DNA from: Amoebidium appalachense
Taxonomy: Eukaryota; Protista; Ichthyosporea
Length of the DNA: 64,000 bases
NCBI GenBank assembly: GCA_963693365.1
Contig: CAVNZM010000016.1
Location: 3,809,957 to 3,873,956, forward strand
Direction: 5' to 3'
The notes under the pieces were generated by a model, which saw only the letters and a program-made list of their open reading frames with translations, ran no database searches and was not told where the DNA came from. Below are positions 14,514 to 46,514 of this stretch, in pieces (position 1 is the first letter of the stretch; each line of letters starts with the position of its first letter). The translations under genes and the position numbers were made by a program.

Positions 14514-14970
14514 CACAGCCACCACCACTACTTCTCAAGTGTCTCTTGCCTAGATATTTGCGCTGGTTTCTCTGACTCAATGTCTCTTTAAGTCTTTTCG
14601 TTTTTGTAATCCCTCCACTCCCCCCCAACTCCGTCCCCCCCCGCCCTCCCCCACACACATATCCTCTTACGCACCATCGCATCATCGTCACAAGCACATA
14701 ACATGTGTTGCAGATGTCTGTCAGTAGGCATTTAAAACCTAATACTGAATTATTAGCATATTTAAAACATAGAACTGAAATATGAATTAATAATAAATCC
14801 AAGATGCTGCAGGATTACATATGATAGTAGTTGCACTTTGATCTGCTAGGTAACGGACCTTTGTGTCCTCGCGCACACAGTTTTTCTTAGACACACACAT
14901 ACGAGTCGCACGAGAACGCACACATGCACACGTGTGTACATGCACACACACAAACACATGCACACACACA

Positions 14971-15021
<51 letters not shown>

Positions 15022-16114
15022 GCACACACACCACTGTGGCATCACCAGGGTGTGTGCACACACACCCACTGTACCGAGGAGGGAAGACTCACCCCACACC
15101 CACATCCCCCCCCCCCCCCCCCCCCCCCCTCCCCCCGTTTTGTCTCCCTCTCCGTTTCTTGGGCCGTTGCCCTTGATGCCCGCCCCCCCCCCCCCCCTCC
15201 CCCCGTCCCCGAGCAGGTGTACCCGCACGCACACGTGCCCACACACACACACGCACACAAAATTTACCCTCCCCACCCCCCCCCCCCCCCCCCCCCCCCC
15301 CCACCACCACCACCACCCGCTCACCCACGCATCCACCTACAACACACAAACACACAAAGACAAAGCCCACCCTGTGCATACACACACACACCAAACCCAA
15401 ACCCTTGCAATCCCATGCCTCCACGAAACCTCAATATCTGCACACTCGCAATCACACTAACCCCTCCCCCCCCCCCCCCCCCCCCCCCCTTCTCCCCCCA
15501 CACACACACCCTGCACCTCCCCTTCCCCCCCCCCCCCCTTCCCCCCCCCCCCCCCGCTTACTCCACAGTCCGACGGTATGAAGCAAAGATTCATGGTCGT
15601 GACGCGAGACGGACACATCTACCTGTTCAAAGACAAACGCGTCGCCGATTTTCTCCCAACGAGCGACACCGCCAGATTTGACCAGCTTCTTCTAGACAAT
15701 AATTCCGCGGCACGACAAACAACCACCTCTACCGACCCGCTAAGTATTTACGAAAACGGGCAACAACAAGTACAAATACCGCCGTACGTGCAAAATCCGT
15801 CGAAACCGCGCTTGAGCGAGGCGGCGTCGAAATACTCGACGAAGGAAATGGCAAAAATCTTGAAAATTCAACCGAAAAAGGTACTAGATCTTGCGAATTT
15901 CATGGATTGCAGGCCTCAGGACTCCGATCTGGGCCACGGGATATTCTACTTGGTTGCAGAGGATGGGTTGGACGATAAGGGGAGGTTTAGGGGGTACCGT
16001 TTCGTGGTGTCGTCTAAGAGGCAGGCGGCGAAATGGGTGCGAGCGATTAACGCGGTGAGGATGTCCCTGGCGCATATAAGGATGGTTGAGAGAGGTGTGG
16101 ATAATCGGGAGTGA
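13080..16114 (+). CDS. PH-domain protein, two exons (13080-13280, 15569-16114), ~248 aa
   Basis: Phase-0 GTAAGT...CCACAG intron joins KAGFVTIQKTKPGSISL to SDGMKQRFMVVTRDGHIYLFKD. C-terminal YRFVVSSKRQAAKWVRAINAV helix is typical of the PH fold. Confidence 0.8.
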
Positions 16115-16912
16115 TTCGGGGTAAAAGGGAGTAAGTCTGGAGAAACCCCGGTTTAAGAGGAGGATTTTTCCTTATGTGGGAGTAAGTCGGGGAATGTCGG
16201 GGGTAGTGGGACGGATTACCCGGAGTAAGTTGGGGAAAACCAGCCGGAGAAAAAGTGGAAAATATTGACCGGGGGGGGGTAAGGCGCGGGATAATCGGGA
16301 GTAGCGGCGGATAACAGGGAATGTTGGGGTCGTGAAACCGCGAAAGGGCATTTTTTTTGTTGAGGGCCTAACATGTTATTTCCCTGGATTTTCTTCTGAA
16401 CGTTTCAAAAAAAAAAGGGGGGGGGGGTCTTTTTTTTTCTTCTATTTGTTTTTGCCCCCTCTCCCCCCCCCCCCCAGCCCCTTCTTTCCGCCGCTCCCCA
16501 CTCCTGATAATAATTATATGAGAGAGGATGGGTTAAAAAATATGTGAAATAATTCAGAGCAAGCCACCATGCCACACATGATGTGCAAGTGAATGTACAT
16601 AATATTAGTGTAAGAGAGGATTTTCCTGCGCAGTAGTGTCAATATTTTAAAAAGGTGGCTGGTTTGATTGGGGTTGATGGCTTGTAGTTGCATGTCCGTT
16701 TTTTGGTTTTGTGCGTATGTGTGCGTGTGCTTTCGCTACGAGTATGTTGTGCGCTTGTGTGGGGCATAATAGGATGTATGTAATACTTGCAGGTCAGTGA
16801 CACGCTGTTGTGTGTGTTTCTGTTGTTTTTCACCCTCTGAAGACCACTTGTTTGTTTATGCCCATAGGTTATGTTCTTTGCTTACTGAGCATTAGTTTAG
16901 TATCCCCGCCCT

Positions 16913-16973
<61 letters not shown>

Positions 16974-17079
16974 GCACACGCACGCACACGCACACACACG
17001 CACACACACACACACACATATACAAAAGGGGTGATTGTGGGGGGTTGGGGTGCGTGTTTTTTTTTGTTTTTTTTTGGTG

Positions 17080-17125
<46 letters not shown>

Positions 17126-17127
17126 GG

Positions 17128-17159
<32 letters not shown>

Positions 17160-19221
17160 GTTGTTGTTGTTGTGGGCGCCCGGGGGGTGGGGGTGGGGGG
17201 GGGGGGGGGGGGTATATTAATTGTCGAGAGAGAATTTAGATAAGCAACATTTTCGTTACTGAACATATTTAAGAGCATCGACATCTGATTCAATTTTCTT
17301 CCACCTAAATTTCTTGTTCTACCCTCCCTATGTTTATGGACGGCCATTCGTATCATTATGGTAATTTTACACGAGCCCGATGCATTCCTCTAAACGCATT
17401 GAGGCAGTTTCGAACGGTTTTTATTTTGGAGGGGATCTTTTTGTCTATTGGGATAATTGGGTATGTAATTATTACCGTGATTTATCGAAGGCTAATGCCC
17501 CAGGATCATCCGGATGGCAGCGTATTGTATGCTATGCATGCTCCTATCCGCTGTGAAATTTTGCGCTTTGCAAAAGGAATCTACAACTATTACATGCGTC
17601 ACTTTGTTTTTGGGCACGTACTTTGTTTGTAGACATGTTACTCAACGTATGTAAACATACAATTGTACAATTACAAATTAAATTCCTACTTTTTTGGTAG
17701 TTTGGCGTGCCACATGGGCACATCTGCACGTGCACGTAAAAATACGTGCATGCACACACCCACACCCACGTGTTCACCCACACACACAGTCACACACACA
17801 CACACGATGTCATGTACACACACACTGTAGTCAAACACACATACACACACACACGTACGGCGTCACACACACTGCCATGCAACCACACACACGCACGCGC
17901 GCGTACTATAACACACATGTACCGTGTGCATGCACGCACACATGGCGCACCGGCGCACCCGCGTGCACCTGCATTTAAACGCCCCCCGAGACCCCCTCCC
18001 CCCCCCCCCCCCCCCCCCCCCCCTCGAGCTTCCCCGTCTGATGAGGGCACACACACGCGTACGGAGGCCACACGCACACACGTGTACACGCACACTGGAA
18101 CACAGTGGGCTGGCACACGCATACATGTACACACACGCACGCACGCACGCACGCACGCACCGGTGTGGAACCGTTGAATGACAGACCGGGACGGCGTCGG
18201 ACACACACACGCACACACCCATACACACCGTGACATACGCCCCCCCACACACACATAAACACACACGTGTACACACGTATACACACACCCACACACGCAC
18301 GCACACACACACACACACGCACGCACACACACACGCACGCACGCACACACACACGCACACCTGTGCACGTGTACACACACAAACACACGTGCTGATGATA
18401 CCCTCGAGCTCACGGTTTACATGGCTCATGCGGAGTCCCCAATATTAGGGTTACAAGAAAGCTTTAAAACTAAGAAACAACCGAAAAAAAGTCTTCTAAT
18501 TCGGAATCACATTACATGTATATGCGCGTGTCACGGTGTGGCTACGGCGCCGCGAAGGCTGATCGAACTGTTGACTCTGGTACATTTCTGCATTAGTTAT
18601 TCTCTCACGTGTAAAAGCTGTGTCAAAGAAGCTACTGAGCATGTGGGTTTTCTTTGCTCTTTGACTGAGTCAGTTAAAGTGAAAATGAATACGCGGCGCT
18701 TTTGGAAGTGTTGAACAATACAAAACACCAAGCTTTCTGTTTTCCGGTTTAGTTATTACAGCGATCATTAAAAATGTTTACCCTGTGTAAACAGAGGCCG
18801 CGCTCGTTTTTATCACACACAAACAAAAACTCTGGACCTGAGCTGTGCCAACGGTAGTACGTTCGAGGGGTATGGGTAGAGATTTCTTCTGCGTTTTTCT
18901 TTTTTTTTTTTTTGGCTTTATAGGTTTCCGAAGTATAGGAGCTGTGAAGGTGCTATGGCAGGCATCTGATGAGCTTCGAATTTTTCAGGGGGAACATTAG
19001 TCGGCTTAACAAATGATCAATGTGAATTCTTTTGATGCCTGCTTTGGTCGAAACTACATACAAAACAAGCAGATTTCCTTATTTCAAACTTCTTGGCTCG
19101 TTGTAACTCAAAGTTTAACTTAAATTCATTCTTCACACGCCTGAACAAAAAGCAGCATTCTAACGTAACGGTAGCTGAGAAGGAGTAAAGGGGAAAAAGA
19201 AACATTGGTTTCATCTTCAAC

Positions 19222-36758
<17,537 letters not shown>

Positions 36759-37520
36759 GTCGTAGTTTGGTCGTGGGCACATGCATTCAGACATCCGAGA
36801 CAGAACGCGGGCCGCGACCGCGAGCCTCCGAGGTCAACAAGGTGCCGTGTAGACCAATCGAAATATACAATGTGCGAAGCTTTTCTGTGATTGGAGCCTT
36901 GCATACACTTTAGAGGAGGGCAAACACTGACCGTACCCGGCCGGCTTGTTTTATAGCATACGCACAGAAGGTTATATGAATCAGTAGTTCAGGAATTATT
37001 CAGGATTCACCTGTGAAAGAATATATTTCAAAAAAAATTAAAGAAATTTCTGATTCGCTCTGCTAAACACTCTTTATTGATTGTGTAACAGCAGAATGCA
37101 GCACACATGCGGAAGCCTGATTTTAAATTTTTTTCGCCGCTCTTTCGGGTTCGCGGAGGCGTGGATCCCCCGAGATCCCCCGATTGCCCAAGCACACACA
37201 GCTTCACTCATGAGACGCTGGGGTCTCAGCTGTAGCTGCTTGCCTTAAGGTTTGAAGCCTGTAATTGCATTTATATATATCTTCATAAATATGTTTTCAT
37301 TTGGTATATTTTGTCTTGTAAATTTTCTATGTAGGCTATTTACCTTGTTGAGTGGATCTACCTTTGGCCTTGGTGCCGGCACGGCGGCACCTTTTCACAG
37401 CCTCGTGAGCATGCGGAATTAATTACGCAGTAGGCCATCGAATGTGGCTGGGCCTCTGGCAGTGTCCACACAATAAAAAGTGTGTAAACCCCAATTGCGC
37501 ATACGGATGAGCCTTGAAAG

Positions 37521-38160
37521 TTTTTTTATGATGACTTTATTGATGTGTTCATAGAAGGTGAAAAGGCGAGATATCGCAGATATCCCGGGATAAAGAAAAA
37601 ACCGCTCATGAAAAGAAGATATCGGCCAAAAAAAATACACGGTGCTTTAGATAACATCGTAACGCATAGTACTATATGTACAGCACAACTGATAGGAGTC
37701 ACCTCGGGAAGGATAGGTTCAGAAATAAAGTTGCAAAGAAAGGAGACAGCTGCAAGAACAAAAAAAAAAAAAAAAAAAAAGAAGAAGAAGAAGAAGAAGA
37801 AGAAGAAGAAGCTCAGATGTAGAAAGAAGCTCAGGTGTAAACTAACTGGGAGGAGATCACAAGAGAGAGAGACTAGATTGCCCCATCTGGTCACGAGGAT
37901 GTCTAAGTCTAAGCTACTATCTGTAAGGAGCCTACGACCAAGCTTCTCCAATGGCAGAGCCCCCCATAAACCCTGACAATAGAGTAGCCGTTCGATAGGC
38001 ACTCAAGGGCAATACAGAACTCGCTTGAACACCATATTAGTCCCAGACAAGCCCGCCCGGAGTTCACGCCAACCTGCCTAGGAAATCTAACAGTCAAGCA
38101 AGGTAGCCTAGCTGTAGCAAGGCACGCAAAAGAGAAGACATAAGCAGTGTGCGTTGAAAG
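37521..38160 (-). mobile_element. Second copy of family B repeat, interrupted by a poly(A)/(AAG)n tract
   Basis: Collinear similarity to 11420-12048. TTTATT at 37536-37541 and T7 at 37521-37527 on +. Confidence 0.65.
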
Positions 38161-39035
38161 TTGAGCACAGCAACCCAAAAAAACAGGTGACATAAAAAAG
38201 GAAAAAAAAAAAGTTGAACACTCGTCCTTACAGCCGTGATACCGGAGCACCTCATGTGCTATTGTTAATTATATTATTATATTTTCAAAGAGCAATATCT
38301 TAAGTTACCAAGTTAGCCTGTAGATAATGATGTCCGTTTTTGAAAGCTTCAGACATTTAAAAATGTTCGCCCGAACAAGGAGTTTTGGGGGGACACTGGG
38401 CGCTTCAAACCGTCAAACGTTGGGGCGTTGGTGTCACCCGACACGCGTGTGTCACTTTTGAAGCTTCGCCTGCTTCTTCAGTTATACGTAGGGACACACA
38501 GCCCAATACGAAGCTGCGCAGCTTATTTTGCGGCCAATATAGGCCTTTTGAACAAACAACTACAAGCATCTGAGCTCATTCCGGTGCTAGATGAGGCTAG
38601 ATGTGGTCACATGTGCGGCACTATGTGACACAACTTGCTTTCCTGCTTCAACAACTGTGTCATGTTATTTTACCTTTACTACACACATACAGACAGCCTG
38701 TGTTAACCCCCTGTGTTTTTCTTTTGGTGTTCTTCGGCTTTATTCATTCTATCATTTCGCTCACGTGTCTGCCATCTGCAATCACGTGCACCTGTAGAGT
38801 GTAGATCTGGAACTGTTTTCTGAACTGTATACGTAGTATGTATCCCTTCCCCTGTGGTAGACACACGTACACAAAACACAACGACATACGGACATACAAA
38901 ATCCTCCTACACACACACTCAAATACTGAAACACGCATAACCAAGTTTGAAAACTTACGTTCGCACGCGCACACGCACATGCGCGCTATTGCAAGGTTGA
39001 CCAACATCCATCTGCCCCCGCCTGACCCATCCCAC

Positions 39036-41757
39036 ATGCTCTTCTCACCCTTCGACAACATTCCCGACGATGTTCTCACCCTCATCGTCCGCACGCTCCC
39101 ATGGGCCGACTACATATCCCTGAGCCAGGTCTGCGCGCGTTTGCGTAAACTCATCCATACGGAATGTGGTGCTTTTCTCCGTGCCCACGTCTCCGCAACG
39201 GCATCTCAGTCTCCGGCTTCATCACGAGCAAATATCAGAATGAGCTACACGTCGTATCATGGCGTCGTTTTACACATGTCAAATTAAGACGAAGATGACA
39301 CCGGGTCATGGAACAGGATCGTCAACCACGTTTGCCTTGATGGCAGCAAGTTGTGTTCCCTACCATGTGCAACTACGGCCGAGATCGTTTCTGTTTTCCC
39401 AAAGTGTAAATCGGTGGAATTCGATTTTCGCATCGTTGGCGGGGCCGAACAACATGATGCCTACCAAGGTGAAGTGAGCGAGGCCGGGGATGAACCAAAA
39501 CAGTGCGGCAGTCAGGTTCGCAGCGTGACCATATATGGCCCAAAAACCCCATTTTACGGGCAAACCCTAAATTTCACGGCAATGTGCGGGTGGATGACGC
39601 ACATGCACATGGCTAAGCGGTCCCATTAACCATAAGCGGAACATTTTCCGGTTTGGGGGGTTTTGACTTTTCCGTTTTTGAGTCGCTGGAATTCCTCTCG
39701 TTGCCTTCGCTTCATTTTACGGACGGCGCTACCTCTCCCCTGACGCGGAAGCTCAGACGCCTGGTTGTGAAAAGCGTTTGCGGCGTGCAAAATTTCGCTT
39801 TTCTGGCCAATTGCCCATATTTGGAAAGCGCCGTATTTGCAAATTTCCACCAGTACGAAGACGAAGAAGAGCCAATCGAGGCGAGCGCTCTGGCAAAGTG
39901 CCGGTGGCTCACCCACTTAACGTTGGGGGAGAAAAAACGGAAAAACACCCCTGGGGCGGATATGGGTACACGGGCGAAATTTTGCAATGTGCCCCCCTCC
40001 CGCAAATTCAGTCACTGACGGCGATAGTTAACGCTGGGGGCGACTCGGGAGGCGGAGGTGGGTTGGAGAGTGGTGAACGGCGAAATTTCACGAATGTAAA
40101 AACGGCGCATTTTTACATGAACCCGACGGGACAGACTGGGCGAGACAACCTCTCCTTTCTGGCCGCATGTCTAGACGTCGAATCGCTGTCTGTGGACGGA
40201 TTTACGGGAAGTTCATTATCCGGACTTGAAAATTGCCGGAAAATCAAAACTTTCAGACTCAACAACCACGCGCCAATCTCCGTGTTTTCCTCCCTCACGG
40301 ATGTTTCCGCAATTTCAGAGGTGAAGCACACTCTGACGAAATTGGACATTCGCCACTGCCCATCGCTTCAAAACATAAATCCGATCGCGGAGTTCAAATC
40401 GCTCGTTTCCCTCTGGGTCGTCGATTGCGGAATGAGATCGCTGGCTCTCCCTGCAGGGCGTGTGCTGAAAATTCTACACGTCGATTCCGGCCGATCTCTC
40501 TCCGACATTTCCGCAATCGAAAACTGCTGCGGCTTGGAGAGATTCGAGATTGAAAATTGCACGCGGTTGGTGGATGTAGGCACCATCTCCCGGTGTGGAA
40601 GCCTTTTCCCATTACCCCCCCCCCCCCCCCCCCCCCCCCTCTTCCCGCCATTATCTACCTCCTTTCAAGGCCAAGGCCTAAAATGTGGCACACACACATC
40701 CTTTCCTGCATTTCCCCCCTCCCCTTCCCCTCTCCCTCCCGTTTTCCCGAGCCATTTGCCTATCCCCCTCCCCCCCCCCCCCCCCTCCCCCTTTGGGCCC
40801 TCCCTAAGGATGGGCTCTGCTTATGATGCATACTGTGCGCATAGCTGATGTTGCATACTTGAATGTTTGCCTTTGCCTCAACCCCCCTCCCCCCTCCCCC
40901 CCCGCGGGGCGGGAGGACGGGCAGGCGCGGGGGAGGGGGAGGGGGGGGGGGGGGGGGATTGGATTCCGCCTGATAGGGAATTTAAGCTCGGCACACACAA
41001 ACACCACACATTCACCACCCAGAGAAATGTGCCAAAGAAGTCTAAGAGAGTAGGACTGTGTGTCAGAAAGCCCTGCAACCCCCCCCCCCCCCCCCCCCCC
41101 CCCCCTCCTCCCCCTCCCCCCCCCCCCCCACCCACCCACCCACCCAGCCACCCACCCACTCCAGCGGAGTCCAGCCTCCCAGCCCCCAGCCTACCCCCAC
41201 ACGCAACACCTACCTTCCCCTCCACCCACTCCCTCCTTCCATCCTCCCCGCCCACCAAAAGAAAACACAACAAAACCAACAAAAAAAATGAGAGAAAAAC
41301 GCAAAAAGAAAAGAAAAAAAGAAAAAAGGAAAAAGAGAAAAGAAAAGTATACTTAGGCGAAGACTAATTTTTGTTTCTCTCCCCAGGGGGGTGTAATTCC
41401 GCCCATCCAGGATCTCACCATCACCGACTGCTGGGGCCTGGACGACCTGACGGGCCTCGAATCACTTTCGGGCCTGACCCGACTCGTTTTAAGGTGGGCG
41501 CCGAGATGCGACATAAACCCGATTTCCGGATTGCAAAAACTCCGGATTTTGCATCTGGGGGGCGTAGGAATGAAAGACGTTAACCCTGTGGCGGAATGTC
41601 CGGATCTTCGACGGGTGGTTCTGTCGAACTGCACGTGGCTCAGTGACGTCATGGGGTTATCCAACAACACCATATCTACGGCCGGAAAATTGGAAAGTAA
41701 AGGGGTGCATTGTGCTGGAAAACAAACACCGCCTGAGTATGGTACGTGGATATTTGC

Positions 41758-41814
<57 letters not shown>

Positions 41815-41831
41815 TTTTGTGTGTGTGTGTT

Positions 41832-41889
<58 letters not shown>

Positions 41890-42291
41890 TGTGTGTGTGT
41901 CTGTGTGTGTGTGTGTGTGTGTCTGTGTGTGTGTTAGAAATGTACATGCAAAATCAAGGGGGGAGGGATGAGGGGAAGGGGGGGGGGGGGGGTAGGGTGG
42001 GGGAGGGGGAGGGGGGGTCAGTTCAGAGAACTCTCGAGCTTATATAAGGTTCCGGGGATAGGGGGAAAAGCTTATGGGAGGATGGGGGATATTTGTTGGA
42101 CGACAGACACCATTGGAAGAGTGTGTTTGTGGGTGTGTGGGGGGGGTTGGGGGGGGGAGGGGGAGGGAGGTTTTTGGACCGGGGGAAGGTCGGGGAGGAT
42201 GGGTTGGTGGGGTGGGTGGGGTGGGGAGGAAGGGGGGGGGGGGGGGGGGAGACGGCAAGTACTGAGGGGAGAGGGGGAGGGGGGGGGGGAA

Positions 42292-42331
<40 letters not shown>

Positions 42332-42514
42332 GGAGGGGGGCAAGATTGAAAAGATGTGTGCATCTTTTTTTTTTTTTTTTTTTTTGGAGGGGGGGGGGGG
42401 TTTGACCTTTTTTTTGTGGGGGGGGGGGGGGGGGGGGACTGGGGGGTAGGGGGGGGGGAGGGGTTGATATCATATAGATAGAACCATGTAGCCGGAGACC
42501 ACACTCAACTCCCC

Positions 42515-42552
<38 letters not shown>

Positions 42553-42719
42553 CAATCCCCGGACCCCCAACTCACCCCCCTCATCTTTATCCGGCCCTTC
42601 CCCACACTGCCCCTAGCCTTCTACATGCAAACCCCCCTCCCTCTCCCCCCACCCCCCTCCCCCCCAAAAAACAAAACAAAAAAAAACACATACACACACA
42701 AGTACACGTGCACACACGT

Positions 42720-42776
<57 letters not shown>

Positions 42777-42803
42777 CACACACACACATCCACACACACA
42801 CGT

Positions 42804-42843
<40 letters not shown>

Positions 42844-42854
42844 ACGCACAGACG

Positions 42855-42896
<42 letters not shown>

Positions 42897-43019
42897 CAGG
42901 CAGAACCAAGACTGGACGGGGCGGTCGAGCCATCCGCCATTCTGGTTGGTGCCCGACGTAAGTCGGTGCCTCCTCAGCCAATCAGATTGGAGGGAAATCA
43001 GGCGTGTATTTTAGCGTAG
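39036..43019 (+). pseudogene. F-box + leucine-rich-repeat gene with an in-frame TAA and 2-3 frameshifts (pseudogene or assembly errors); exons ~39036-40591, ~41387-41740, ~42900-43019
   Basis: F-box FDNIPDDVLTLIVRTLPWADYISLSQVCARLRKL. LRRs such as LTKLDIRHCPSLQNINPI, LERFEIENCTRLVDV and LRRVVLSNCTWLSDV. TAA at 39285-39287 with the same frame continuing. Frame changes near 39626 and 39925, and probably near 41665. Confidence 0.75.
40795..40860 (+). mobile_element. Degenerate family A fragment
   Basis: gggccctccctaaggatgggctctgcttatgatgcatact matches 22302-22340. Confidence 0.6.
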
Positions 43020-43852
43020 CCCGTTTATTAACTTAAAGGTTAAACTTAAACTTAAAACGTAAACTTAAAGCTGGCATTTTGTAGCCTGGGCGTCAATTGG
43101 ACGTCATATATGTCATGTGGTGATGTCAGATTACATATTCGGTTTTGCCTATATATGGTCTGATAGCCAAATTTATAAATTTTGTAAACATGTTTACAAG
43201 CGCGCCACATTGACTTCTGGAGAGGTGGTTGCTGACATAGTCGTGTGTTACAAGCTGTTTGGGTTAAACCTTGAAGACGCACTGTATAAACAAACAACTA
43301 TTTCAATGTAAAGAATGGGTTGCCTTAAAATTGGTGGTGGTCGGTCCGGGCCCGTGCAGCGGCGGCGGCGACGGTGGCGGGGGGGGGGGGAGGAGGGGGA
43401 GGGGGGGGGGGGGGGTGTAAGGGATGGATGGTATTGGGTCCCGTGTTTTATGCCGGCACAACGCTAGGCTGTCACAACTTCGTTATGAGATGTTTTTTTT
43501 TTTTTTCAGTACAGAATGAAGGATACATGTACAGGATACGTATACACAGAGCGCGGAATGAAAAATACAGAACGTTGATATATAAAAATGAGAGACCAGT
43601 GAAAAGCTTGTGATCAGGATATGTAGTGTCAGTGTCAGATTGCGTACTACATGTATACTACACAGTACAGATATTCATGAATGATATCGCTATAGGATGA
43701 TCGATACAGACTAAATCTTCTTTAGGACCTATGTGTAAGTGTAAAGCTCGCCCAACACCTTCAAGTTATCTCCGTCGACATATGATATTTAGATCCGAGT
43801 CCTTTTTTCCCTTTCGAATTCCCCATTCCCTAGCTTTCACCTGTTTCCGGCC

Positions 43853-43893
<41 letters not shown>

Positions 43894-43992
43894 CCCTTTC
43901 CTCTCTCCCCATGTACACAAAAACACAAACGGAACGACTTCTACTTCTTGCTGTGGTACATTGTCGATTCAACTTAATCATGTCTGGCGCCT

Positions 43993-44046
<54 letters not shown>

Positions 44047-44181
44047 ATCCGTGCCCAAGACGTCGGCCCCAAACACCCTCCCCCCCCCCTCCCCCAAAAA
44101 AAAACACACACACACACCGTACACAGTCACACATGATACATCCCCTCCCCCCACCCCTCCCTCCCGGCACTCCCCCCCCCC

Positions 44182-44212
<31 letters not shown>

Positions 44213-44242
44213 ACAGTCACACATGTAGATACATCGATATCC

Positions 44243-44280
<38 letters not shown>

Positions 44281-44547
44281 ACACACACACATTGTCCAAT
44301 TCCTGGCCACTCATTCAAATCTTGATACTAACATCACCTGCTGCCTGTCATGCGTGTTCCTAATAGTATTTTTGCGACGAACACGAGGCATCTGGAGTTT
44401 GCCAGCTGGGAACCATATGTACATACGTGTTACATACGTTTGTGTGTACATTTGTGTAGGTGTGGATGTCTGTGATGGCATCAGTAGTGGGACTGAGGGA
44501 AGTCGTAGGTTTTCAAGGGTGGGTGGAAGGGCCGAGTGGGAGGGTGT

Positions 44548-44612
<65 letters not shown>

Positions 44613-44654
44613 CGGCGGAGAGAGGGGGCGAGGGAGGGGTCACCTGCAACCGGT

Positions 44655-45090
44655 AAATATATGCAAATATATACAAATATATGTAAATATATGTGAATAT
44701 ATATGAATATATATGAATATATATAAATATATATGAATATATACATATATATGTATACGTGATCGAAAATGGCACAGCCTGTGCCACACACTGTACACGT
44801 TCAATATCGGACCAATCAAACATCAGATACATAATCATTCTGATCCGCGCGCCGAGTCTGCTCTGATCTCACTCATATCGTGATCGAGTGGCACACACAG
44901 CCTGTGCCCCTTATTTGCATATATATCCCATTATTCCCAACTATTTCTACGATGTACGAGATATTTCGGGCTATATGTAGATATGTGTAAATATATATGA
45001 ATATGATATGAATATATGTAAACATATGTAAATATATGGTGTAAATATATACTATGTATGAATATATATGAATATATATGAATATGGGAT
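44655..45090. repeat. AT-rich (ATATATGA-like) degenerate minisatellite with a repeated gtgatcga...tggcac(acac)agcctgtgcc block
   Basis: Two AT-rich arrays plus a direct repeat at ~44758-44787 and ~44879-44909. Confidence 0.6.
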
Positions 45091-45647
45091 ATTCCGAGCA
45101 AAAACCCCCCATACCTGAGACCGGTCTCTCTTTGCCTCGAGTAAACAGCGTAAACCCCCCATGAATATATGTAACTTTCGGGTGACCCCTGAGGGGGGTG
45201 GTGCGTGTGTGTGTGTGTTTGTGGGGGGGGGAGGGGGGGGGAGGGGGGGGGGGGGGGAGGGGGGAGGGGGGGAGACATAGCATTTGCAAGATTTTGAATG
45301 AGGATGGTACTACGGTGGAATACTTTGAAGAAGGGGGTGCATGACATTGTTACTCACGGTGTGTATGGGGGAGAGGATTGAATAGCTGTGACTCGTGCCC
45401 GTGTAGATGGGCTTGGGAGGGAAACACAAAAAGATCTGTGTGCGGATGGAGGGGAGATTTTTTTTTTTTTGTGTGTGTGTGTGGGGGGGGGGGGGGGGGG
45501 GGGGGGGGGGGATGGAGGGAGGGAGAATGTGGATGGAAGCTGGTAATCGTAAGGATTCGATGGATACCTCAGAGTTCAAGGGAAGATCAATGGTGTGGTA
45601 GTGTGTTTTGGTGCTGTGGTGGTGGTGGTTGTGGTGGTGGTGTGTGT

Positions 45648-45678
<31 letters not shown>

Positions 45679-45834
45679 GGGGGGGGGAGGGGGGGGGGTA
45701 GAGTGTTTTACAGAGTATGCAGAGCAAGGACAACATAGGAGGGGAGAGGGGGGGGGGGGAAGGGGGGAGAATGTTTTACAGAGTAAGAAGAGCACACTTA
45801 TAGAACAACACAGCATGCAAGAGTGAGTATATAT

Positions 45835-46079
45835 CATCCGTACGCAGAGCCCATCCTCAGGGGGCCCCCGAGTTCCGACCGATTCACATGGTTCATGTAC
45901 CCCAACTCAGGTACTGTTTCACTTGAACATGTGATGAGGTCACATGTCTTGATGGGAGAAGAGAGGACGGCGAAGCTGGACGGGTCGGGGGAGGGAATGA
46001 AAGATAAAGGTGTGTGTGTGGCCGGGAGGTGGGGATTCTCGGAAGTGGAAGGGGTGGGGGAGAGGGGGGGGGGGGGGGG

Positions 46080-46119
<40 letters not shown>

Positions 46120-46480
46120 GCTCTTGGTTGATGTACCCCCAACTCAGGTACTGTTTCACTTGAACATGGGGTGAAGCCACATGTCTTGATGGGAGAAGAG
46201 GGAACGGCTAAGCTGGACGGGTTGAAGGAAGGGGGGGGGGGGGGGGGGGGGGGGTGGAGGATGAAACATTGAGAGGTTGTGTGTGTGGGATGGGTGGAAG
46301 GAGGGGATCCCGGGAGGTGGGGGATATTCGGAGGGGGAGGAGGGGGAGGGGAGGGGGAGACACACCAGGCTCTTGGTTGATGTACCCCCAACTGTTCACT
46401 TGAACCTGGGATGAGGTCACGCGTCTTGATGGGGGTGGAGGAACGGGGAAGCTGGACGGGTTGAAGGAAAGGGAGGGGAA

Positions 46481-46514
<34 letters not shown>

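Noticed and set aside
18037-18985. Isolated CTGATGAG words (~18037, ~18966) as hammerheads
   Set aside because: No helix II-GAAA-helix III context.
39285-39287. TAA reassignment or readthrough
   Set aside because: TAA terminates the ATP-grasp ORF, and the F-box gene also has frameshifts, so decay or error is the simpler explanation.
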